DNA of 62,073 nt, filler included, from Choristocarpus tenellus KU-1152 (lineage: Eukaryota; Protista; Phaeophyceae): NCBI GenBank assembly GCA_964200185.2. It is 12 parts of 12 records of this genome, joined end to end, with 100 filler letters (N's around TTAATTAATTAA, not from the genome) between each part and the next. Parts side by side here need not be neighbours in the genome. Positions count along the whole stretch, not along the records: positions 26,305 to 30,356 come from CAXNAD020016468.1; positions 30,457 to 36,374 come from CAXNAD020009417.1; positions 36,475 to 40,243 come from CAXNAD020018028.1; 9 more parts are not named here. One strand, given 5' to 3'. Position 1 is the first letter of the stretch. Each line of letters starts with the position of its first letter. Positions 26,305 to 37,151 of the stretch are shown here, one piece after another. Below the pieces are notes generated by a model. It worked only from the letters and a program-made list of their open reading frames with translations. It did not search any database and had not been told where the DNA came from. A program made the position numbers and the translations under genes.

Positions 26305-26448
26305 GTGAGATGAAAAAATTGACCCCAAATGGACAGCCGCCACCCCCTCCCAGATACTTTGAGCCAGTGCCGCTAAAAAAAACATGGAAAACCAAGCCCC
26401 AAATGGACAAACAGGACAAAATCCATACCCTCTAAGATACTTTCACTC
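26305..26448. mobile_element. MITE B right end followed by MITE A right end (probably nested)
   Basis: CCAGATACTTTGAGCC at ~26365, then the A subterminal region and TIR ending CACTC at 26448. Confidence 0.75.
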
Positions 26449-26741
26449 TAAAAAGGATCGGCATGGCATTAATTAAGCCTTGCTTAAATTGTAATTCGGA
26501 CTTAGTGGAAGTGATCGTGAAGTATTGGGACAACGTTGAGACTAAGGGCCACTGCCAAGCAAGGTGAACAGTTGAATAAGAGAAATCTCATTTCTGTAAA
26601 TTTGAGGTTTGCCTGATATCCAGAGAGATGGAGGGATAAGAGAGGCTAAGGACTAGCAGGCCTAAGTACAATGGGTGTGCAATGCTTAATGATCTCCCCC
26701 CTACGTTAAGAACAACAGTGAACACATATGTAGTCTCGCTA

Positions 26742-26922
26742 GACCTAAAGTATCTGGGGGGGGGGAGGGGTCTACACCAGGGTGTCTATTTGGACCAAAC
26801 CAGGAAAAGTGTACTTTCGTTCATTATCCATCCGACGTATGGAACCAAATAATAAAAAAATCGCGACATGGAAAATTGACCCCAAATTGATAGCCGCCAC
26901 CCCCCCCCAGATACTTTGAGCC
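26742..26922. mobile_element. MITE family B, full copy (181 bp)
   Basis: TIRs with AAAGTATCTGGGG core; TSD CTA. Confidence 0.88.
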
Positions 26923-27597
26923 CTAATACTAGCCCTCCCAAAGGATGGATCAGAGTGGCGAGTAGTCACCACAACGGGTTCCTTGTTTATAATATAGCCC
27001 CTATGTTGGACATTTCAATTGTAGCAATCCGTCAACCACCACCCTCTTCTTGGCGTGGGGAAAAACAGAGAGTCCTTCCACACATAAGTAGGTACAACAT
27101 GGATGATAGTTGAATATGACTTGGTACTACGTATTGACACCTATAATACAACATCAGATCCCCAATTCTATTATTACACATCTTCATGGTCGTACTAATA
27201 TATGCTTTTTGAGATTTGAGTTACCGTGATAATGTCTCACGTGCTAAAATGAGAGACTTTTTAGGCTACTTAGTAAATTAGCATTTTTAACAGTTTTGCA
27301 CCTACCCTACATGCAATGTGTACATTGATCCTATCCCGATGTTGTGCGTACATCAATATTTTCTTGGTATACTGGTGAAGGAGGTAGTAGTAGTAGTATA
27401 TATTGTTATTATTATGCCCTCTGACATTTTGTCGGTGTGTCAGGGGAAAAGCCATTCCAATGTCACAAGAACCCCCGTAAAAGTAACAGTTGTCGTAAAT
27501 GAAAGATATCTTTCTATATTATATTTAATTCTCCAGAGTATTTGACTACCAGCTATACTACACCACTCCCCTCCTATCCCTCCAACCTAGGTTAGCC

Positions 27598-30350
27598 TTA
27601 CACCACAGGGCAAGGACCTAGGAAAGCATCCCAAGAATCTGACAGGTCTCTACTTGCCCATTTCCGTGGTGTCTCCAGCTTCAAAGGAATGACACGTCTT
27701 GAGAGAGCCACTTGTGTTGTGACAGACACTATCTGTCGTAAACCGGATTTGATAGCCCCTTTCCCGCTGTAGCCTCCTGCCCCTCTCCCCCCGACCGCGT
27801 GTGTAGCCAAATCTTCCATAAACCTTTCTGCTTGATTATCGAGGCACTCAAGACTTTCCATCGTGGAGGTGTTGAGGTTAAAACTACGACGACGGTCAAA
27901 AGAAACTTCGTAGTGCGTGCGCTTTCGCGCCTCAGCTGCAACAGTAGCTACACCATTGCTGGTGGATAAGTGAGGTAGATGGGAGGCTGCTTGCACTTCT
28001 GCAAACGTAACATCCAAGAGGAGGCCTCTGTCTCGGTAGGGAGCTGATCCGGCGTCCGCATGGGCCCCAGCATTGAAGACCAGATCCATGCAGAAATCCC
28101 GGTGCACTGTGAATGGGCTACCGTCCTCCATATTGCAAGGGATGCCCATTCCTTTTCAGCGTTAACCTATACACTTTAAACGTTGGTGTGTGTTGGCGGA
28201 CCAGTCCCCCTGCCCTAGGGCAGGTACAAGCATGTCTAGTGTCTACATTGTGCCTCCTGCACACACCCAGCCACTGGGCAACTGTTGGATATGGCCTCCT
28301 TCCTCCCTAGGGACCTGCTGGCAGTGAGTCTAAACTCTATGGGAGGGGTCTGGCGTGCTGGTTCCAGGGGTTGTGTTGAGGCCCATGCATTTTCCCCTAG
28401 TCCACACTGGGTCCGGTGGTGGGGCAGGGCAGGTGAGGAACTTTCTCTCCCTTGTTCTGCATCGTTTGGTAGGTTGGCCAATTGCGTCAGGAAAGAGTCA
28501 AAGCGGATCCTGTTCAGGGCGCAGATGATTATATGTTGCGCCCTCTGTGGCATCCTGGCCTCGTGGGCTGCTAGAGTGTGGACTCCTGGGGCAGGTGTGG
28601 GGGGTTGTTGTTTCCTTCCAGGCTACCCAGGCTTCGCCAATAATTTCCGCCAAGTCTTCGGAAGGGACTCCTGTTGAGAGAAGGGTGTAGATGGATGATC
28701 CCAGTGCCCTAACTATGGGGCTCATACAGATGGCTTGTGAGAAAGACTCTCCATAAGGCCCTCGTGGCCTTGCTAAATGGGTGGAGAGAGTGACCTCCAG
28801 CGATCCTACAAAGGCTGCATGCTGGCGATGCTTCATGTAGGATAGGCTCAACCCCCCCGAACTTGTGGGCATCTGTGTCTTTATTTGTTGATATATTTCC
28901 AAAGTTCACACCACCCTTCGAAGAAGTTAGTAGCTCCAAATGAGTCTGCTACCTTCATTATCTTCTCCAACGTCCACAGTGAGATGTTGTCTGCTTGTTC
29001 CATAATCAATGTGTCCCTGGTGGGGAGTGACCCTTGCCAAATAGCCTAAGCGGGAAGAGAGAGACCAAGAGTTGGGGAGCAAGGCAACTTGTTTATCCTC
29101 CATTTCACTCAGGTGTGTGACTAGCATTCGTAACCCTGAGCACTCGATCACCACAGCCATGTGGGCTTGGATGAATTTATTTGTTCCAACTAGTGTATCA
29201 AGACCATTTGGGTTCGGGACCAGGTTGATTCCCACTATGGCTAGGAGAATTAGTTCTGAGGGCGTGGGCTGGTGAACCTGGGGAGGTGCAGCAAAAGGTT
29301 TGTCTATATTGAGGGCGATGCTTACCTCATGTAGATCAGTTTTCAGAAGCTCAAGAGCAGCTATTGTAGTGCAGTTAATCTCCTTTGCAGAAATGGATGT
29401 GTCATCCAGATAACCTAGGGAGGAGACCCCCTGGGGTCCAAAACATAGACTGAACCCGCTGTAGGGCTTGGTGGTTGCCATACAGTGTAGGAGGGGGCCA
29501 AGGGGGCCCTATATTATGCTCCTGACCTTGATGGCATTATCTTCATCCCTCCCTCACCCAGGGGGAAAAGAAGTTCACGAATGTTCCAATATACCTTGGG
29601 CATGTAAGGTAGGATGCCTGGTAGGGTCTCAGGGAGAGTCTCAATGAAGGCCAAGCGGCGTAGGTCCAGCAGCGTAGGCTGTAGAAGGCGTTTCTTCCAA
29701 CTAGAATAATGACCCATTTGCCAGACTCATTCCTTAGGTGAATGTCCAGTAGGGCAAACTCCACCCCATTTGGGATCCCTACTCTAAGCTGCTACATTCC
29801 ACTGAAATGTTCCTCCAGGTAGAGGCGCTAGTCTGCATAGAGGCATGAGCTTCAGCCCTTCTGAAGAAAGAGCCACTGGCGACCGGGCAGCCTTTCTCTC
29901 CAATTTTGAACAATCTGTAAGTAAAGAGTCCGGCGAGATGTAGGCTAGCTCCCAAAGCTTCGCAAACGCCTCGGCCACTTCTTCTTGGTCAATATCTGTT
30001 GTGATGGCTGATCTGATATGGCTGGGGTGCGTCCCATTGGGACCTGGAGTGGAGCTGCTATTCGCTCTCATGAAGGCCGTCTGCAGGGCGGTGGGGGGGT
30101 ACTCCCTTTCAGGGGGGCAGTACCGTTGTTCCCCAGACCTTGTATTCCTTTGTACTCTATCCTTCATTTCCATTATTGCTTGCCAAACCTCCTATGGATT
30201 CTCGTTCAGGTGCTTGGGGACCATTATCCTGAAAGTCTGTTCTGTCCTCGAGGCTATGAACTGTGATAGAAGAACACTCACCACCATGGAGATACCTCCA
30301 TGGTGGTGACCAAATGCTGCAGGTCGTTGTTCCTGGCAGGATTTAGGGAC
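27598..30350 (-). mobile_element. Degenerate RLE-type (CRE/R2-like) non-LTR retrotransposon: RT, zinc knuckle and restriction-like endonuclease
   Basis: PGPNGT, NAFYS, GPLGPLL, GYLDD; then HACTCPRAGGLVRQH (knuckle/RH); then MDLV...LLLDVT...AEARKRTHY (PD-(D/E)xK-type REL). Multiple frameshifts. Confidence 0.85.
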
Positions 30351-30738
30351 AGCTCTNNNNNNNNNNNNNNNNNNNNNNNNNNNNNNNNNNNNNNNNNNNN
30401 TTAATTAATTAANNNNNNNNNNNNNNNNNNNNNNNNNNNNNNNNNNNNNNNNNNNNCCTCCCAGATACTTTGGGTCCCTATACGCATCCTCTTAACCCTA
30501 TTATATAAGCCCTACTTGCCTTCCTGATTTATGGGCTCAAAGAATCCGTCAAAGTGTGTCAAACCGCACGTACTCCTTTCCTTCCATCTTTTCCTCAACC
30601 TCTGCCTCCTCCTTGATATCCTCCTTCGCTTGCTCCTTTTCACCAACCTCTGCCTCATCCTTTGTCTCCTACTTCGCCTCGTCCTTTGCCTACTCGTCTA
30701 CCACTACAGACATAACACGAGTCACAAGCATTGTGATT

Positions 30739-32120
30739 ATGCCAGAGAAAAACGTCACGTCCGAGCATGACCTTGACAAGTTCAAGTCCGAAACGAGCGC
30801 CGCCCACGAGAGAGCAGTTTCCCTTCTCCAGACCCGACCAGGAGGCATCGTAATCACATGCACCGCCCTCGGGGACAACCACGATCCGGATCGTATCCAA
30901 CTCCTCATTGACGAATTCTCCACCTTCCGCAATTTTGCGCTGTCGAAGACACCGATAGCTGGTGGCATATCCACACCTATACCTTGTGGAGGACCCGACC
31001 CACGAGGTGATCAAGAGGAACAGGAGATGCTATTGCCTAACCCTACAGTAGGTGCAGGAAGCGGGACACTCCATGGGGGAAGGCTTCCAAACACACCCTC
31101 AGAACACGACTCTAAAGGCAATGGGGACCGGCCTGATCGTAGCGCTTTGTCATGTCCAGAGGAAGAGGTCCAGGAAGACGTGGGGGGGCGGATAGGCACG
31201 GGCTCAGAGTCCGTGCCTGTCAGGAGTGAGTAACCCCAGAATGTCCCCAAACGTCCATGCGGTGGGCAGCAGCGTCAACAAGTCCGTCGATTCCGACTCA
31301 ACGGGTAGAGGGAACCGGAATGACGATACTGTAGAGCGAAATGTGAACTACGCCCATGCCGAGTCAACAACACCAAGGGTTGATTTGACATCATCAGGTT
31401 CCTCACATAGGGACAAGCCTTCCGCAAAAGGTAAAGGGAAGGCCAAAACGACGACCAATAGGAAGAAGAGGTTGGGAGAAGGTGCTTGACAGATCAGACT
31501 GTTCAAACAGCCTCATGGAAATGACGGACGCGATTTAAAAGCTAACTTTTTTGCGGATGTCTTCGCTTCTGGCAGACAGGGCGGAGACGCGGAAAACGCA
31601 GCGCCATCTACTACGAGGCATGAGAATGAGGACGAAACGTTCGTGCATGGTGATGACGACGTCGTGACACAGGACGCGGTCGACTCCAGTGATGCATCCA
31701 TCGTGGGGATCACCGAAGCCTTCATGGAGGCATGCATTACCAAACTCCTACGATCGGCAACAAAACCCACTTCGTCGCAGTACTGAGTTCAAACCCAAAT
31801 CCTTACCCAGGTCATATACGACCATGGGTTCAGGCTCATCAAGGCCGGCAGATCGGCCAAGAATTTTCTATTCAGGGATGACTGCTACGTCCATAAGCCC
31901 ACACAGCTAAAACTCAGCGGTCGTGGAGGGAAGCCCAGCAGTACGTTGCGTCCCAAGCATGTGGAAGCACTCCATGAAAGGAAGCAAGGCCGAACCGTGG
32001 AACGACAGGTACTCCACGCGCCTAAATCTCCAGCACCTTCTAACCAAGGCATATCCGAAGCTTGTAAAGTGGTGGGAGAAGGGTGAGGAATGCCATTTCG
32101 ACACCACCCACCAATTGAAA
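30739..32120 (+). pseudogene. Intronless, frameshifted ORF relic of unknown function (probably TE-derived)
   Basis: Coding-like frames 30556-31233 and 31226-31489, continuing past single stops to ~32120; no clear splice structure. Confidence 0.4.
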
Positions 32121-32259
32121 TAGGACTTCAGTCGTTTCAGTTTTTTGTTGAAGTACGGGTCGAGTTACTTGTGTCTGATTCGTGCATCAGTGTACCTTAC
32201 CTTGGTGTTCGACAACCATGTTCATGCAGTTTCCATCCGATGGGTTATGCATTTACACA

Positions 32260-32519
32260 GAGTGAAAGTATCTTAGAGGGTACGATTTTTGCCCTGTTTG
32301 TCCGTTTGGGGCTTGACTTCCCACGGGATTTCTTTAATGACATTTTGCCTACTCCGAAGCGTTTCAGAGTGGGTAAAACGTATACATTATGAAAAGGTGT
32401 GTCCGAACAAGGATATTGACTTTTCCTAACAAGCACGATAGCCAAAATTACATCAAATCGCAACATTGGATTTTAGCTGCCAAGTGGACGCACCTCTACC
32501 CTCCAAGATACTTTGACTC
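32260..32519. mobile_element. MITE family A, full copy (260 bp)
   Basis: TIR GAGT(G/C)AAAGTATCTT(A/G)GAGGGTA; TSD ACA. Confidence 0.9.
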
Positions 32520-33477
32520 ACAGTGGTATCGGATACATTGCTACCAGTCAGAGGTGTAAGTGTATCATATATGATACTCATCTTGAGGATTAGATTTTCT
32601 TATTTGTTTAACAGAACGTGTCCAATCCAAGATTCAGACTACTAAAATATAGAACATTTTGTAAACTACTCTTCTCCATCTTTTCCACCAAGTTTCCAAT
32701 CAATTCGCCAAGGCCTGCGATGGATACGTTGTCTTCTTCCGAGCCGCTAATTATTCCCTGAACCCTACTACCTAGCTCCCCCCTGCTTCTCAATACTCTA
32801 TGCACCATCTCATGCTTTGTCCAAGTGTCGACAAACGAGGGCCGATCTCGTCCTCCTTTAAATCTTGGAGGAACATATCCTGAAGTCCACGCCCGATGCT
32901 TCTAAGCACAACACCAACTCTGAGCCTACCCCAAACACGTGCTATGAACTCGACGAATGGCCTGGATCGCCACCCAAGCACACCAATTCTAACCATAACG
33001 TTACCCTAACACTTATACTTAGCCTATCTGCATCCCGTGGCAACCTAAAATAGACAAGCGTCTTACGTGAATTACGTACCAGTGCCGTCATCGACCCTAC
33101 TTATGCTAAACCAACCCTAGCTCATCAGGATTTATTCAATCCACTAACCCTAACCCCGAATCAAGGGAAGTATATCTTAAGATACTTCCAGCGAAACGTA
33201 CCACAATAGACCTTGACCAATAACCCTTTGTGAACACATTCAGAATCCGTCGACACATGATGTCAAAGAAACACTACACTAACCCCAAAGCAAAACCTGA
33301 CCCTTTCCCTTCCTTCTTGCCAACAACTTTAACCCTAAGACCCTGATCGACAACCCCGTCTGTGTACATACTAAATCCGACACATACAAGGAAATAAACG
33401 AAATACTGAATTTAAAACAATCTACGGAATATTTTTTAGTTCCTCTTGCACACACCGGGACAACAGGCCCTAACTGA

Positions 33478-33737
33478 GAGTGAAAGTATCTTAGAGGGTA
33501 CAAGTTTTGCCCTGTTTGTCCATTTGAGGGTTGGCTTCCCTTGGGTTTTTTTTATTACATTTTGCTACTCCAAAATGTTTAGGGGTAGATAAAATGTGTA
33601 TGTTATGAAAAGGTGTGTCCGAAACATAGATATTGAAACTTCCTAACAAACACGATAGCCAAAATTACATCAAAATCGCAACATTGGATTTGGACGCCCA
33701 AATGGACGTGGCTCTACCCTCTCAGATACTTTGGCTC
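33478..33737. mobile_element. MITE family A, full copy (260 bp)
   Basis: TIRs present; TSD TGA. Confidence 0.9.
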
Positions 33738-34123
33738 TGACAGTCCTCTTTATGTACATACCAGACACGACTCATCCAAGCAAATAAACGAAAAAACTAA
33801 CCTCGAAACAGTCCATGGTCTTTTTTTCTATTCCTCGTGCTAACACTGGGACAACATACCCTAACCGACAGCCCTCTTTATGTGCTAACCAAATCCCACT
33901 CATGCAACCAAGCAAACCAATAACTAACCCTGAAACAACCAGTGGCATATCTCGCATTTTTCATCCTGAATATACGACCAACATACACCAACCAATAAGT
34001 CTGCTTGAACACATTCGAAATCCGACACATGCGAACGTCGAAACTCCTAACCAAGTCCAAATACATTGTGGCATATATTCCCATTCCTCGTGCGTACACA
34101 AGGACAGAAGGGAACCTAACCAA

Positions 34124-34383
34124 GAGCGAATGTATCTTAGAGGGTAAGAGGTTTGCTCTGTTTCTCCATTTGGGGTTTGGCTTCCCATGAGTTATTTTAT
34201 GACATTTACCTATTCCTAGTTTGGAGTAGGTAAAATGAGTATACCACATATGAAAAGGTGTGTGCGGACCAAGGATAATGACCCTTACTTAACAAACATG
34301 ATAGCCAAAATTACATCAAAATCGCAACATTGAATTTTGGTCCCCAAATGGACACGACCCTACCCTCTAAGATACTTTGACTC
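34124..34383. mobile_element. MITE family A, full copy (260 bp)
   Basis: TIRs present; TSD CAA. Confidence 0.88.
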
Positions 34384-34524
34384 CAACAGCTGTCTTTCTT
34401 TTGCCCACATTTCTCAAATCCGACATATGCAACCAAATCACACCAAAAAGTGAAAATCGGAAAAAGGGTCAAAACCGGACGCCGGCACCCCCCCCCCAGA
34501 TACTTTGACCCTGACGTTCGTTAA

Positions 34525-34725
34525 CCTGTGGATTGGACCTCTTTGGCCGTCGGAGTATCCTCGGAGCCTTGTGTACGAGCATCAGCGCCATCTATAGGCC
34601 AGTGGATTGGAGCTACATATCCTGTGGATCATCCTGGGAGCTCTGTACGAACATCAGCGTGATCTATAGGCCTGTGGATTGGAGTTACACATCACGTGGA
34701 GATTAGCTTCTGGAGCGTGCCTGTA
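34525..34725. repeat. ~72-bp tandem repeat, about 2.7 copies
   Basis: CC(T/A)GTGGATTGGA recurs at ~34525, ~34599 and ~34671; CATCAGCG..ATCTATAGG is shared by two units. Confidence 0.75.
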
Positions 34726-34738
34726 ATAGTTCCTCAAA

Positions 34739-34997
34739 GTGTCAAAGTATCTTAGAGGGTAGGGTTGAGTCCGTTTGGGGACCAAAATCCATGTTGCAAT
34801 TTTGATGTAATTTTGGCTATCGTGTTTGTAAAGAAGTGTAAATATATCCTTGTTCAGACACACTTTTTTATAGCGTATACGTCTCACCTACTCCCAATCA
34901 GTTCGGAGTAGGTAAAATGTCATGAAAAACCTGTGGGAAGCCAAGCTCCAAACGGACAAACAGGGGAAAACTCGTACCCTCTAAGGTACTTTAACTC
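34739..34997. mobile_element. MITE family A, full copy (259 bp), opposite orientation to the preceding three
   Basis: TIRs present; TSD AAA. Confidence 0.9.
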
Positions 34998-35155
34998 AAA
35001 AACACGGAATTTTGAAACAGGGTTATCGCCACCCCTTTGCAAATTGACGTTACCTCTCGCTTAACCCAACCCTCCTCGTATAACACACTCGCCACTGTAC
35101 ATTAAAATTCGGCGTGCGTCTGTTAAGAGGTTGTTTCTGTACTATGTTTTTTGCT

Positions 35156-35560
35156 GTATTTGTATCACTGAGATGATCGATTCACCTAATCAAATCAAAA
35201 CAATAACTCTATGACACAGTCAATGATCATGCATTTTCCATACTTCCTGAGCACAAGGATGCTAAGCTAGACACATGCGAGCATATAAAATACATTATCC
35301 ATCCGACGCATGTAACCAAATCGTATTTGTATCACTGAGATCATCAATTTACTTCATCAAATTGAAACATAAACTATGACACAATTCAATGACCGTGTAT
35401 TTTTTATACTTCCTGAGCACAAGAACGCTAAGCTAGATACATGCGAGTATATAAAATACATTGTCCATCCGACGCATGCACCCAAATCACCAAAAATCGC
35501 GATATGGAAAAATGGTCGCCAAATGGACAGCCTTCACCCCCCCCCCAGATACTTTGGCCC
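35156..35560. mobile_element. End of a longer B-related element with a 167-bp subterminal tandem duplication
   Basis: GTATTTGTATCACTGAGAT at 35156 and 35323; runs into the B-type end CCCCAGATACTTTGGCCC, followed by TCA. Confidence 0.75.
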
Positions 35561-35599
35561 TCAAGGGAGGGATGGTAAGGAGATGGAAAGGTGGGATAG

Positions 35600-35950
35600 C
35601 GAAGAGAACTGAGGTAGTTAAGGTACGGAGGGATTGACGGAGTATCACAGGTTCAACTGCATATTCAGATGCATCATAGTAGAGGAAGAAGGGATATTGG
35701 TGCGATATGGAGCATAGAATTGGACATTCGGAACAGGAACGGAGGTAGAGGGACACAGTCTAGGTGAGGGGATCCAAACAGACAGGCAGGAGAAGTTCAC
35801 GCAATTGGGGAGAGGCAACAGGACAACGTACATTGAAAGTTGGACGAAGGTATTGGGGTGGGTTGAGGGTTGAGGTCACCCATTGGGAAGGCAGACTGAT
35901 GAATTCCAATGATACCTCTGTTTTCCTGTCTACTCTTGTGAGTTTCCAGG
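35600..35950 (-). mobile_element. Gypsy RT-RNaseH junction remnant
   Basis: PILCSISHQYPFFLYYDASEYAVEPVIL (cf. PFxLxTDASxxAVGAVL). Confidence 0.6.
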
Positions 35951-37151
35951 ATTGCTGATCCCTCCTGCATTTGTGGAAATGTCGTCCCTGGAACCTCATG
36001 AAACCATCCTACAGTCCCTCTGTAATCCTCCTATATTTTCTTATTGGCTCCTCCCGCCATTGTCAACTGCCCCTCCATCCCTGAAGATGATAGGAGGATG
36101 GTGGTCAATGTGACAAACGCAGTTGGACATCTCCAAGTACCTCTCGTTCGAAAGTAAGGTTGATAGGTTACCATTGCCATGGAGATGCCACCATTCCCCA
36201 CACCTCCACCATGCTGTCTACCATCATTGCCTCCCTCCTACATACCCCTATACAGACGACTTCTCGATGAAAGCATCTATATATCATTAAGGTGGAGACC
36301 CCCTGTGGCAGGGGCAACAAGGGCAGCGGTGAGCACATATTATTCTTCCTCAGGCTAAAAGTATCTGGGAGGGGNNNNNNNNNNNNNNNNNNNNNNNNNN
36401 NNNNNNNNNNNNNNNNNNTTAATTAATTAANNNNNNNNNNNNNNNNNNNNNNNNNNNNNNNNNNNNNNNNNNNNCCCCCCCGCCGATACTTTGAGCGGGG
36501 TTTTTTTCGTGCACTCAAAACACCAGAGCATTCTCCTATCACTCGCAGACTACAGATGTTAGGGTCAGGGTTCAGGTCAGGGCTTTTTTTGGAGGCGAGC
36601 GTATGGGCACTGCGAAACAGCAGTTGGTTGCGGGATTCACGAAGTCTTCGACCAGAGCTCTCTCTAGATGCATCCATTCCATTCAATCAGGAATTTCGAC
36701 CAAAAAAAGTGCTCGGAGTCTGGTGCTATTTGAGAGAGAGATTCAAAGAACAGAAAAAGAGATTCGCAACATTTCACTGCATTGCAAAAAAAAAAAAAAA
36801 AAAAAATACCATATTTCTTTTTTAATTTCAGATAAATACTCTCTACTACTGCGGGCGAAACTTTTTATTTGTGCATATTGAAAAAAAAAGGAACGAGTTG
36901 TCGGACAAGACGCACCGAACGCGCACGGCACGGGTTCGAGCATTAATAGTACAAAACAGATAAACAAGTGTTCTTAAAAAACAAGACTCCCCACCACCAC
37001 GGCCATGAAGCATACTCTTGGTGTGCAATGTAAGTCCAATACCATGCCCCATAAAAAAAAGACGAATTCACACAAGCAAGCGGCACTCCTCAGACTACCA
37101 GACAACAACATTAACTCTTCTAGGAGGGAGAAAGGAAAAAAAAAAACGTAC

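Noticed and set aside
32260-34997. Clustered repeats as a CRISPR-like array
   Set aside because: Units are ~260 bp with TIRs and TSDs, irregular spacing and mixed orientation; no cas genes. They are MITEs.
36720-36790. KKRFATF peptide resembling the kinase lid region
   Set aside because: Different contig and strand, and no flanking kinase motifs or splice sites.
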